Source of the DNA: Myxococcota bacterium
Lineage (GTDB): Bacteria > Myxococcota_A > Polyangia > Nannocystales > Nannocystaceae
Reading direction: 5' to 3'
DNA: 64,000 nucleotides
NCBI GenBank assembly: GCA_039028615.1
Contig: JBCCHT010000001.1
Span: 192,001 to 256,000, forward strand
A program made the position numbers and the translations under genes. The notes under the pieces are model-generated. The model was not told where the DNA came from. It made no database searches and was given only the letters and a program-made list of their open reading frames with translations. Position 1 is the first letter of the stretch. Each line of letters starts with the position of its first letter. Positions 1 to 9,134 of this stretch are shown piece after piece.

Positions 1-120
1 GACAACCTCGAGACACTGGCCGATTTTCCACTGACACTTACCGAATCTCTGCATGAACAACACGGCGCGGATATCAGTCATCTAAACAAGTATCAAGACA
101 CAATGGTCTGCCAACGATGA
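1..120 (+). CDS. 3' end of a hypothetical protein (truncated by window edge)
   Basis: Frame 1 is open from base 1 (DNLETLADFPLTL...MVCQR) to TGA at 118-120; same strand as the downstream genes. Confidence 0.35.
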   Translation, partial: DNLETLADFPLTLTESLHEQHGADISHLNKYQDTMVCQR

Positions 121-266
121 TTCCTACAACAATGACGTGGCCCAAGCGTCAATGACAGCGCCCCCGCACTCAAGGCATGACCACGGCCCAAAAGTGCCGC
201 TTGCTACGAAAACCACTATAGGCCGAGTCAGTTGCAGGCCTCGCGGCCGACCCCTAGGCTGTGGGA

Positions 267-1439
267 ATGAAAACGTGGGCTGTCTCCCTCCTGGCCGCAC
301 TCGTAGTGAGCCTGGGCGCTTGTAAGAAAGGCAGCGCACCGGTGGACCCGGGGGAGGCCTCGCCGCCCTCCACGGCCGAGCAAACAGCATCACCAGAGGC
401 CCTGTCCCCGTCGGCATCGGAACCTCCCGCTTCCGAGGTTCTCGAGCATTCTGATGAAGACGTAGACGAGAACATTCAAGCTGTCACGGCGCCGGTCGAT
501 GAGACCCCCGAGGCGAGCTGCGGCGGGGCGCCGCTGACGGTCACCTTCTACGACGCTGGCCAGGCCCTCGCAGCTCTAGTGACGCTACCGGATGGAACCA
601 CGATCTTGGTTGACGCAGGAGAGTCACCCAGGCGGCCGGGATGCGGCAACGCCTGCAAGAGCTGGCACCGGAACGTGCTAAACGGGCTCGCTCGAGACCT
701 GGGTGATCGCGGGATCGACATGGTTTGGATCACTCATCAGCACTCCGATCACCTCGGAGGCATCCCCGGCATCGCTCGCCAGTTCCCGATCGACCTCTAC
801 ATCGACAACGGGCGAAACCGGAACAAAAGCACCGTCAAACGAGCCAGAGCCGCGGCCAAGAAAGCCGGAGCGAGGCTACTGGCGGTCCACCCACGCCAAC
901 GCAAGGTCCCACAGCCCGCCGATCGGGAGGTCCAAATCACCCCCATCGTGCCCCAGAAGTGGCCAAGGGCTTGCAGCGGCAACCCCAATAACTGCTCGAT
1001 TGGTCTCCTGATCACGTACTGCCGCTCCCGCATCCTGTTCACCGGCGATGTGGAGCACGAAGGCGAAGCCGTATGGCCGGTGGGTGGCCTAGACATCGAC
1101 CTCCTCCAGGTCAGCCACCACGGCGCAGACGATGCCAGCTCGGGGCCCTTCCTCTCCCAGGTCCACCCCGAATACGCCGTGGTGACCTGCGCTGACCGCA
1201 ACGAGGGAACCAACCGCGGATTCTGCCACCCCAGACAGTCGGTCATCGAGAGGCTCACCTCCGGGCTCGGCGGCCCGGGCAGCCGAACGGTCGAGACTTT
1301 CGACGCGGCACGTTCGTGCCAGAATCAGACCAACAGCAACTGGCACCAAACACCCATCAGTGACCGCCTATGGGTCACCTCTCGGGACGGAGAGGTATCA
1401 TTACGGACGCTTGGGGACGGAACATTCACCCGGTTCTAA
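267..1439 (+). CDS. ComEC/Rec2-type metallo-beta-lactamase-fold hydrolase lipoprotein (putative surface nuclease)
   Basis: Lipobox SLGAC; motifs FYDAGQA, LVDAG, THQHSDHLGG, LFTGDVE, VSHHG, TSRDGEV typical of the ComEC C-terminal MBL domain; no ComEC membrane domain. Confidence 0.85.
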   Translation: MKTWAVSLLAALVVSLGACKKGSAPVDPGEASPPSTAEQTASPEALSPSASEPPASEVLEHSDEDVDENIQAVTAPVDETPEASCGGAPLTVTFYDAGQALAALVTLPDGTTILVDAGESPRRPGCGNACKSWHRNVLNGLARDLGDRGIDMVWITHQHSDHLGGIPGIARQFPIDLYIDNGRNRNKSTVKRARAAAKKAGARLLAVHPRQRKVPQPADREVQITPIVPQKWPRACSGNPNNCSIGLLITYCRSRILFTGDVEHEGEAVWPVGGLDIDLLQVSHHGADDASSGPFLSQVHPEYAVVTCADRNEGTNRGFCHPRQSVIERLTSGLGGPGSRTVETFDAARSCQNQTNSNWHQTPISDRLWVTSRDGEVSLRTLGDGTFTRF

Positions 1440-1466
1440 TGGTTGCGCACGCCCCCGGAGTCGCCC

Positions 1467-2669
1467 ATGAATGCCCCTCCCACCCAAGACAAGACAAATC
1501 TGCGAGCCGGTTTGGCAGCCGGCTACGAGACAGCATCCGACCGGCAAAGTCAGTCCCATACGGTAACAAAGACCACAGTAGAGACAATTGAAACTAAATC
1601 GGAAACGGTCAAGTCCAGTAGTCGCCAAAAGATCACACTCCTGGTATCGCTGACGATCACCGCACTAGGCGTTGCCACTGCGGTGTTTTTTATGAAGGAA
1701 AGACCGGAACAGCTTCCAGCTAGCGAAGAGCAGGCTTCTTCGGCCTCGACTCCGTACAATGAAGCCAGTATCGTTGATCAGATCCGAAGCGAATCCAGTC
1801 AAGGGAATAGCGGCCGGGTAGCGGAGCTTTTTACGAAGCTGCGCAGCCCCCCAGAGCAGACAAGCACCTACACCCTGTACGCAGATATTGCGCTGGCCAT
1901 GGTTCGCACGGATCAGACCACCAAAGCATCGCAAGTTCTCAGTGACTTGGAGCAGTGGCTCAAGGATGCGTCCCCGAACGCGAAGGCCTCAACCCGGGAA
2001 GGCCTCAACCGCCTCGCACGTGAAGCAAGCTCCCCCCAGATCGCGGAACAGGCGAATCGGATAATCGCAAGTCTGAGCCCATCCCCTTCGTGCACGGCAG
2101 GGTCCTGCGCAACAGGCATCTGCTTCGCGGGAAAGTGTGTAGCGTGCAACCGCAGCCCTCATGACAGCGCCTGGAAACAGACCTCTCTCAAGGCCCCCGC
2201 CCACGAGCAGGGGCGAGAATCCGAAGATCTCCTGAGTGACTCGGCCAGCCGTACCTTCACTGCTCCGAGCAACATTCCGCAGCCGACTTTGGTTCTCCGC
2301 CAGAACCAAGAGCTCGAGCGAATCGACCTTAGAGACCTGGTCCCTGGACTCTCAGGAATGCAAGTCGTCCACCGGAATTCTGGCTTTCTATCCACGAAGA
2401 GCCTGGACCACTTCGTTGCGTGGGGGTTTTCGCTCAAGTGTGATGGGCGCAAAACATCCCCTCGGCAGGGAAACCTGCGCTGCCCCCTGAAAGATGGCCG
2501 GCATCGCGTAAAGGTGTCGTTTCATCGCTCAACCGAACTCCAAAGTGCCCCTCGCGAGTTGTTCGCAGACGATGAGCAAGGGCGGGCTCGCCTGAAAAAG
2601 CAACGCTACGTCGGCATGCCGATCGGCACCAACATTGGTGTGCAATACCAGTGGGTGTGCAGCCCCTAG
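1467..2669 (+). CDS. Hypothetical single-pass membrane protein
   Basis: Long ORF with GGAG RBS before ATG 1467; TM ITLLVSLTITALGVATAVFFM; helical region; Cys cluster CTAGSCATGICFAGKCVAC. Confidence 0.65.
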   Translation: MNAPPTQDKTNLRAGLAAGYETASDRQSQSHTVTKTTVETIETKSETVKSSSRQKITLLVSLTITALGVATAVFFMKERPEQLPASEEQASSASTPYNEASIVDQIRSESSQGNSGRVAELFTKLRSPPEQTSTYTLYADIALAMVRTDQTTKASQVLSDLEQWLKDASPNAKASTREGLNRLAREASSPQIAEQANRIIASLSPSPSCTAGSCATGICFAGKCVACNRSPHDSAWKQTSLKAPAHEQGRESEDLLSDSASRTFTAPSNIPQPTLVLRQNQELERIDLRDLVPGLSGMQVVHRNSGFLSTKSLDHFVAWGFSLKCDGRKTSPRQGNLRCPLKDGRHRVKVSFHRSTELQSAPRELFADDEQGRARLKKQRYVGMPIGTNIGVQYQWVCSP

Positions 2670-2713
2670 CACCGGCGCCAACCGGGTTTCAATAGTCGAA
2701 AGCGACGAGGGAC

Positions 2714-3832
2714 ATGCGTACTTGTCAATGGGACTTTCAGGGTGAATCTTGCAGCCGCAATGTCACCCAGGGCTCCAGCTACTGCCGAACGCACACCGAG
2801 GCTTTGCTCAGAGCGGGTGAAGACCAGATGCGCTCCCCCGACAAGGGTGACTCTCAAGCCCCCGCATTCGCCGCGGGGATCGGTACGGGAGTGATCTCAA
2901 ACGAGGTCGCCAAAGAGGGTGGGAAAGACCTCTACCAATTCATAAAATCTCTCTTCAAGAGAGTCTTCGAGAAGAAGAGCGCCAGCATCGCCGGCGGGAC
3001 CGTACAAACAGGTACTCATGTAGTTGCGGCCGCCTCAGCCCTCGCACTTGGAGGAGCGGGAGGATTCGGAGCAGCGCAAATAACCAACGCACCAATCGCA
3101 GCAACGAATGGAGCATGTCAACCATTCGACAAATGCAGAACTCAGATCACCAGAGCAAATGATCACGTAGCCGAGACTGACGAAGCCCTAGCAGAATCCA
3201 TCACACGAGAAGGTGAACTTCGTTCAAACCTAAGCATCTGTCAAGAAGAACGAGCCAAATGCGAGGCCGAGCTCGAGTCAATCGAAACTAGCGAGGTCTC
3301 CGACTCGACATCGTCTTCGACCACCACAAAAGACAAAGGCAACCGCCGCCGGCCGCCTCTCTTGCCTGAATGCGGATTCACAATCGCAACAGGTCAGAAA
3401 TCGGAGGTCACATATGTCATGGGCAATCCAGCTTGGAAGACATGCCAGGGTCACAGCCGAGGAAAAACGAAGGGAGATCGTTGGAAGATCTGGGGAGGAA
3501 AACTCGTTTGCGAATGCATGGAGGACCCGGGGTACATCCCAACGACCTATGACAAATACCGTCAACTGGCGGGGGTACGAACTGGCGCCCAGCTCATCCG
3601 AGTCTGCCAAGAGATTCTCAAAATCGAGGAGAAGACGCAGACGTTAGTGACATTCAAAGTAGACGGGGCCACAGGAGTTCACCAAGCCCAGGCAGAGCTC
3701 AGAACAGATGACAAAGTCGGAAAATGTATCATGGATGCAACTCAACTCATGAAATTTCCGGAAGGCCCTCCAGGAACCCACTCTTTCTCCTACAATTTCA
3801 TAGTCGGCCCCGAACCGTTCCACATCAGATAG
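2714..3832 (+). CDS. Membrane protein: N-terminal C3H zinc finger, TM, coiled coil, C-terminal AgmX/PglI (TonB-C-like) domain
   Basis: N-term C-x8-C-x10-C-x2-H (CQWDFQGESCSRNVTQGSSYCRTH); hydrophobic VVAAASALALGGAGG; C-term VTFKVDGATG...VGKCIMDATQLMKFPEGPPGTHSFSYNF. Confidence 0.6.
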   Translation: MRTCQWDFQGESCSRNVTQGSSYCRTHTEALLRAGEDQMRSPDKGDSQAPAFAAGIGTGVISNEVAKEGGKDLYQFIKSLFKRVFEKKSASIAGGTVQTGTHVVAAASALALGGAGGFGAAQITNAPIAATNGACQPFDKCRTQITRANDHVAETDEALAESITREGELRSNLSICQEERAKCEAELESIETSEVSDSTSSSTTTKDKGNRRRPPLLPECGFTIATGQKSEVTYVMGNPAWKTCQGHSRGKTKGDRWKIWGGKLVCECMEDPGYIPTTYDKYRQLAGVRTGAQLIRVCQEILKIEEKTQTLVTFKVDGATGVHQAQAELRTDDKVGKCIMDATQLMKFPEGPPGTHSFSYNFIVGPEPFHIR

Positions 3833-4046
3833 TTCTTCTTTTTCAGAACGATCGAATCAAGAAGAGGACCCCGACGGCAGTCACGACAACAACCTCAGAT
3901 CACGAACCAGAGCTGTTTTCGACACACAGCGCAAACGTGCTGTCACCCAGACAACAACTCCTGATTGACCAACAGCTCAGAGGAGGGGCAGACTGCACTT
4001 CCTCCGGAACATTTTCCCTTCATTGTATTTCTAACTTCCAGATGCA

Positions 4047-4280
4047 ATGAACTCAGGACATCATCAACGAACTCGCCGACGTTTCGACGCCCGGCAGCGC
4101 TCGGCCATGTACGCGATGTGGCGCCGGGGCAAAGGCTACGCAGAGCTTGCCCGGCTCTATGGAACGAGCCGCCAAACAACGCGCGGCATCGTCCTCCGCT
4201 TCGAGCCAGCGCTGGACGACTACCTACGCCACGAGCATTTTCGGCGGATGCGCTTGCTTTCATCGGAGTTTTCGAGTTGA
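4047..4280 (+). CDS. Small helix-turn-helix DNA-binding protein
   Basis: RRFDARQRSAMYAMWRRGKGYAELARLYGTSRQTTRGIV fits a resolvase/transposase-type HTH. Confidence 0.5.
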   Translation: MNSGHHQRTRRRFDARQRSAMYAMWRRGKGYAELARLYGTSRQTTRGIVLRFEPALDDYLRHEHFRRMRLLSSEFSS

Positions 4281-4436
4281 GCCGGGGTCAAAGCCACCGG
4301 AGCCCAGCAGACGATTTCGAGGCCATTCGATCGTCTGTTGGGCATCGTTGGCAACCTCAGCAACTCACAAAACTAGCCCCGAATACAACGCCTTCGCATC
4401 ATCGTACCGGAGACATCCGATGAGAACTGAATGAGC

Positions 4437-5825
4437 TCAGCGGTTGCACTTGTTGCTTATGGCCAACTCCAGAGACAAGCAGTCGGGAGCATTCAGTCCC
4501 TCCGGCCAACGGGTCTGTTCATCGCAAATAACTCCGCCGAGCTCAGTGTCTGCTAGGTTGGCACCTCGAAGATCTGCTGCTCGTAGGTCAGCTCCTTGGA
4601 GGTTGGCGTGCCAAAGAGATGCTTCTCGGAGATCGGCCCGGTAGAGGTTTGCATTGCTCAGATTTGCGCTTACCAAATCAGCCCCCTGCAGCTGCGTCCG
4701 TTGCGAACCAGGAAGTTCCTTTGGGTCAATACGCCACCAATCCTGGTCCACGTAGCTCACTGATTCCGACAAATCAGCATCCCGAAGATCCGAGAACTGG
4801 AGCGTTGCTCCCTGGAGATTCGCGCCACGCAACACTGCACCGTGGAAATCGATGCGCATCCCAAGGACACCTTGGAGGTCGGCGCGTTCGAGGCATGCAT
4901 CCTGGAAGCTTGCGCCGAAAATCGTTGCGCCGCGGAGCTCCGCCTGTCGCATCTTTGCACGATCAAACTTGGCGGCCGCGAGCATAGCGTTGTTCAGCAC
5001 GCTCAAAGAAAGGTCCGCGTCGGAAAGGTCCGCACCCGACAACGCAGCTTCGGAGAGATCTGAGAGGGAAGCGGTGATCTCAAGGACCCCCTCAAGGTCT
5101 ACGCGACGCAGATCCGCTCGACTGAGATCGGTTGCGTTTTTCACCGCGATAGGATTCCAGTCTTCCGGAGAGTTGCGAATGTCTGCCTCGATCTGCACGA
5201 GGCTCTGCGCAGCCGCAGTACGAGCCCGAGTGCTCGCGATAGGGCACGCCGTGTGACCACGGGCCGGTTCCTCACCTTCACGGCAGGCCCGCTCGTCGTA
5301 GATGGTCGCGATCAACTTTGCACGACGGGCACGGAAATCTTGTGCGGCTTCCTGCCGAAGCTGACGTTGCCAGTAGTTGTTTTGCTTAGCAACTAGCTCG
5401 TTCTGTGCTTCAAGCAGTTCATTGCTCCCCAGGACCAGCTCGTTTTGCGTTTCAGCGAGCTCGTTTTGCTCCCGCGCGAGACAGGTCTGCAAAACAGTAA
5501 ACGCCGCAGGTACCGCGAACGCCAGCAATGCCCAGAGCCCGATCCGTACCCAGCGGTGCAGTATTGCTGCTGCCAACTCCGAGGTTTCCGGTTCCGGAAG
5601 AGGGTCTCTAACCGACTTGGCGGAGCGCCATGAACGGATTCTCCGAGCGACATCCGACCCCACCACTGCCCGCCCTATGAATCTCGTCACCCACCAAGCA
5701 CGGCGTCTCGATCTTCGCCATGAGTCATTGATGCTTTGCTCGAACCGCCGTAACCGCTCAAGCTCAGTCGCTTGCTCATCGCACGCCCGACGGAGCTGGG
5801 CGAGCTCGTCTTCCGCTTCTGGCAT
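4437..5825 (-). CDS. Pentapeptide-repeat membrane protein
   Basis: Many A(D/N)LxG pentapeptides in the C-terminal half; TM IGLWALLAFAVPAAFTVL followed by QNEL coiled-coil repeats. Confidence 0.85.
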   Translation of the reverse strand: MPEAEDELAQLRRACDEQATELERLRRFEQSINDSWRRSRRRAWWVTRFIGRAVVGSDVARRIRSWRSAKSVRDPLPEPETSELAAAILHRWVRIGLWALLAFAVPAAFTVLQTCLAREQNELAETQNELVLGSNELLEAQNELVAKQNNYWQRQLRQEAAQDFRARRAKLIATIYDERACREGEEPARGHTACPIASTRARTAAAQSLVQIEADIRNSPEDWNPIAVKNATDLSRADLRRVDLEGVLEITASLSDLSEAALSGADLSDADLSLSVLNNAMLAAAKFDRAKMRQAELRGATIFGASFQDACLERADLQGVLGMRIDFHGAVLRGANLQGATLQFSDLRDADLSESVSYVDQDWWRIDPKELPGSQRTQLQGADLVSANLSNANLYRADLREASLWHANLQGADLRAADLRGANLADTELGGVICDEQTRWPEGLNAPDCLSLELAISNKCNR

Positions 5826-5935
5826 GCACCAAAGCATACCTCTCGACCTATCTTCGGGTTGGCCTAGACCTTACAAAAATCCGGCTGGCAGGGTCGTCTT
5901 CGACAGCAGCTCTGGACTGCGCTGCTTCAGCGCTG

Positions 5936-6730
5936 TTGCAGTGGGCTCGCCTTCAAGACGAAGGCTCCCGAGGACATGTCGACTGCAACGCTTCGCCACA
6001 GGTGGTCGAAAACCCCTCCGTGAACGCCGCCCCGCAAGCTCATCCCCTACCAGAGCTGCCAGACGCCCTCGAGCTGGCTCTGACACTCGCCGATCAAGCT
6101 TCCTCCCAGGATCATGAGGGAGGCCTGCCGTGGCGAGAGCAGCTGGTGGCCGCACACTTTTGCGGCTCACCGCAGGAGCGTCGGCGCCTTGCCCAGGAGC
6201 AGCTCCCCGGGGCGCTCAGGAAGGCCGTTGGCTCCCTGGGTCACGCGGTGGACCTGGCTCTCGATGGGTTGGACCAGCCGGCTCAGCCCTGGGCCACCGA
6301 ACTCCAACACGCGACTGGCCAGGCTTCCCTCGTCCTCGCTCATGCGATGCATGTCGTGGGGGCGGCTCGACTCCACCGAGGCGGGCAGAACCTTCGAGGA
6401 TTCGAATCGCTGATCGCCTTCGCCCCTTCCTTGAGGCGAAATGGTAGCGATGCGCATCCCAGCAGCCGCGTCACGGCGGTGCTGGGCCAGGGCCTAAGAC
6501 ATCTCATCTCCCCCGCGATGGCTCTCCTAGCCGCGCTGCAACATAGGCGCGATGCTCAGGGTCTTGCCGAACTCACCGAGGACGCACTGGGGCAGGCCAC
6601 GTTGAGCACCATGGCCTGCTGGCACACGCTCTGCTGGTCCTCACCGCTGGAGTGGGTCGCCCCTGCCAAGCACCCGCCCCCTGCTGGTCGAGACGTGGGC
6701 CCAGCTCCCGAGACCAGCTCTTCACCGTAA
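5936..6730 (+). CDS. Hypothetical helical protein (start uncertain, possibly GTG 6020)
   Basis: Longest ORF in the gap; Leu/Ala-rich amphipathic composition; no recognisable motif. Confidence 0.4.
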   Translation: MQWARLQDEGSRGHVDCNASPQVVENPSVNAAPQAHPLPELPDALELALTLADQASSQDHEGGLPWREQLVAAHFCGSPQERRRLAQEQLPGALRKAVGSLGHAVDLALDGLDQPAQPWATELQHATGQASLVLAHAMHVVGAARLHRGGQNLRGFESLIAFAPSLRRNGSDAHPSSRVTAVLGQGLRHLISPAMALLAALQHRRDAQGLAELTEDALGQATLSTMACWHTLCWSSPLEWVAPAKHPPPAGRDVGPAPETSSSP

Positions 6731-6904
6731 CTCTCGAGCAGAAGTGACGGGCTGAATCACGGTGCCAATGCCAACGGTGTGCGTGCCTTGGGGCCTCGAA
6801 CTCCACCTGCCCGGTGAGGGATCTAGCTCCCTACCGAGGGTGCCCGCTGCGCATCAGCTTCGCCTGGCTGGCCGGCGGAGAAAAATGTCGTCAATCGTGT
6901 CGCC

Positions 6905-6925
6905 GTGTGCCCACTGTGTGCCCAC
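6905..6925. repeat. Tandem 10-bp direct repeat GTGTGCCCAC (possible integrase arm-type site)
   Basis: GTGTGCCCAC at 6905-6914 and 6916-6925, about 45 bp from the tRNA 3' end. Confidence 0.55.
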
Positions 6926-6930
6926 GGCCC

Positions 6931-6969
6931 AAAACCAAAAAAGAAAACAGCCCGTAGAGGGCTGTTTTC
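6931..6969 (-). terminator. Rho-independent terminator after tRNA-Ala
   Basis: Minus strand reads GAAAACAGCCC-TCTAC-GGGCTGTTTTC followed by TTTTTTGGTTTT. Confidence 0.8.
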
Positions 6970-6970
6970 A

Positions 6971-7046
6971 TGGTGGAGGATACCGGGATCGAACCGGTGA
7001 CTTTCGGCTTGCAAAGCCGACGCTCTCCCAGCTGAGCTAATCCCCC
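6971..7046 (-). tRNA. tRNA-Ala(TGC)
   Basis: GGGGGATTAGCTCAGCTGGGAGAGCG-TCGGC-TTTGCAA-GCCGA-...GGTTCGATCC...TCCTCCACCA; 76-nt cloverleaf, G3:U70 pair, encoded CCA. Confidence 0.97.
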
Positions 7047-7147
7047 GTAAAGGCCTGCCAGCGAGGCGGGGGGACTCTAGCCTCATGATCTGGGGGCAGC
7101 AAGCGCTTTTCAGCGCCCATGCGCCCCCGGTGGCGGCGGCTGGGCGG

Positions 7148-8029
7148 TCATTGCTCACACGAGCGTAGATGCACGACCCCGCGCCGATCTACGGCCATCG
7201 GCTTGCCGTGCTCGTCCCGTAGACCCGCTTCGTATCGGACTTCGCCAGGGGCGCCCCGGGTACCGACGAGATAGACCCCGGGCTCGACGGTGAATTCCCG
7301 ATGGACCCGACGCGCCCGCGACCCGGGAGCGCCCGAGGGGACGGGCCGAACCGTGCCCATCGCGTCCGCCTCGGGCATGAAGTCGGTGCCGTCGATCGGC
7401 ACGACCGACGTCGACTGCAGAGCGGCGACCCACGGCTGACGGTCTTCGCCGCTCACGGTGGCGGTCAGCCGCAAGGTGCCGGACCGAGGCACGCCCACTG
7501 CATGCAGCGGCCCCCCTCCGAGACCGCGGGTGGGATGAGACTCACCGATGGTAGGCCGCCCACCGTCCATGTAGGTGACGCGAGTGTCGGTGCAACCGGG
7601 CTCGGCCGGGCGGGGGCCCGACTCGCAGCGACCGGCCGCGCACCGAGCGATGCCGAGAGACAACGGCGGCTCGCACTCGACGTCCCCGCACGCGACGCGC
7701 ATCGCGGCCGCCGCGGCGGAAATCGCAGCGTGGTCGCCCGCGACGTTCACGTAGTACGGGCCCTGTGGACAGGTCCCGGGATAGATCTCGGCACAATCGG
7801 CGTCTTCGCGGCACTGGTTGCCGGCATCGCGCAGCGCCGCGTACTCGGACCGGGCCAGCTCGCAGACGCTCTGGCCCGAGTTCGCGCCTTCGTCAGTGGG
7901 CGCCGTGGCCTCGCGCACGGCCGCCCCCGGCTTCGACCCGCCTCGTCGTGCCGAGGATTCGTTTCGCTCCGACCCGGGCGTACACGCCAACAACCCCGCT
8001 GTGACGCCGATCAAGGCCATGCCCCGCAT
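7148..8029 (-). CDS. Cys-rich lipoprotein
   Basis: Lipobox GLLAC; Cys cluster CREDADC...CPQGP...CGDVEC...CAAGRC typical of myxobacterial lipoproteins. Confidence 0.75.
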   Translation of the reverse strand: MRGMALIGVTAGLLACTPGSERNESSARRGGSKPGAAVREATAPTDEGANSGQSVCELARSEYAALRDAGNQCREDADCAEIYPGTCPQGPYYVNVAGDHAAISAAAAAMRVACGDVECEPPLSLGIARCAAGRCESGPRPAEPGCTDTRVTYMDGGRPTIGESHPTRGLGGGPLHAVGVPRSGTLRLTATVSGEDRQPWVAALQSTSVVPIDGTDFMPEADAMGTVRPVPSGAPGSRARRVHREFTVEPGVYLVGTRGAPGEVRYEAGLRDEHGKPMAVDRRGVVHLRSCEQ

Positions 8030-8099
8030 CGCCCGAAGTCTACCCTGGCTCGTCCCTACACCCTTGTAGGCTCTATGAAGGCCGCGTCATGCTTCCTCC

Positions 8100-9134
8100 G
8101 TGCGAGTACGCGGCATTCGTGTGGCCATGGTGACGGTGGGACTGTTCGGGCTCGTGCCTTCGTTGGCGCTGGCTCAGCCCGCTCCTGCCCCGACACCCGC
8201 TCCGTCCGAGCCCGAACCGGCACCGATCCAGACCCCGGAGCAGCCGGCACCGACGTCGAGTCCGGCCCCCGCTACCACCACGTCCACCCCGGCCCCGGCC
8301 GTCGACGATGCCGCCTGGACTGCACTGCAGGGGCGGCAAGTCGCGGTGATGACGAACGGGGGCACGGTGAGCGGCGAGCTGCTGCGCTCCGATGGTGACA
8401 GCGTGGTGCTGGTGCTGGCCGACGGCCAGGTGCGCACCATCCCCAAGTCGCAGGCCACGGGAGTGCGGGTCGTGCAGACGCCCGCGCCCACCACTCCGGC
8501 TCCCACGACGCCCGCTCCCACCCCGGCGGCCACGACTAGCGATCCGCAGCCGAGCCCCGCCGCGGCCGAAGCCGAGCCCGAGGCGGAGCCGGAAGAAGAG
8601 CTCACGCCCGGCCAGCAACGCCGCAAGGAACGCCGCGAGAATCGGGAGCATGCGCTGCTCGGCCTGCTGGCGATGCACGGCGCGACCTACAGCCACTGGC
8701 GCGACAGCGGCGACGGTACCGATGCCTATGCGGTCAACTCCGGTCACGCGTCGTACGCCATGGACTGGGGCGTGGGCGTCAACCTGAGCCCGACCTTCGG
8801 CATGTACGCGATCGCGGGCGGCCTGCTCGGAGCGAAGATCGACAACGATCGCATCAAGGCCAACTACGGCCATGTCGCGGCGCTGTTCGCCTTCGGGGGC
8901 AAGTACTACTTCTCCACCGTGGGCGCGGGCGTGGGCTTCAGCCGGCTGCGCTTCGAGGACGACACGCTGCACAAGGACACGGGCCTGGCCCTGCCCTTCA
9001 AGCTCGTCGGCAAGATTCCGCTGCCCAAGAAGCTCTACCTCGGCATCGGCCTGACCTACGAGCTGGCCATGGTCCGGGGCTTCAGTCGCTTCATCAACGC
9101 CATCGGCGGCCAGATCACCGTGGGTCGCTGGTAG
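8100..9134 (+). CDS. Secreted/outer-membrane protein with Pro-rich linkers, small Sm-like domain and C-terminal beta-barrel
   Basis: Signal peptide ending ALAQP; PAPTT repeats; alternating beta strands ending ITVGRW. Confidence 0.7.
   Translation: MRVRGIRVAMVTVGLFGLVPSLALAQPAPAPTPAPSEPEPAPIQTPEQPAPTSSPAPATTTSTPAPAVDDAAWTALQGRQVAVMTNGGTVSGELLRSDGDSVVLVLADGQVRTIPKSQATGVRVVQTPAPTTPAPTTPAPTPAATTSDPQPSPAAAEAEPEAEPEEELTPGQQRRKERRENREHALLGLLAMHGATYSHWRDSGDGTDAYAVNSGHASYAMDWGVGVNLSPTFGMYAIAGGLLGAKIDNDRIKANYGHVAALFAFGGKYYFSTVGAGVGFSRLRFEDDTLHKDTGLALPFKLVGKIPLPKKLYLGIGLTYELAMVRGFSRFINAIGGQITVGRW

Larger units (their letters stand above)
1..6970. mobile_element. Right part of a putative genomic island integrated at the tRNA-Ala 3' end
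   Basis: Visibly lower GC (especially 1440-4430), orphan genes, position directly downstream of the tRNA 3' end, tandem GTGTGCCCAC repeat next to the tRNA; no integrase in the window. Confidence 0.5.
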
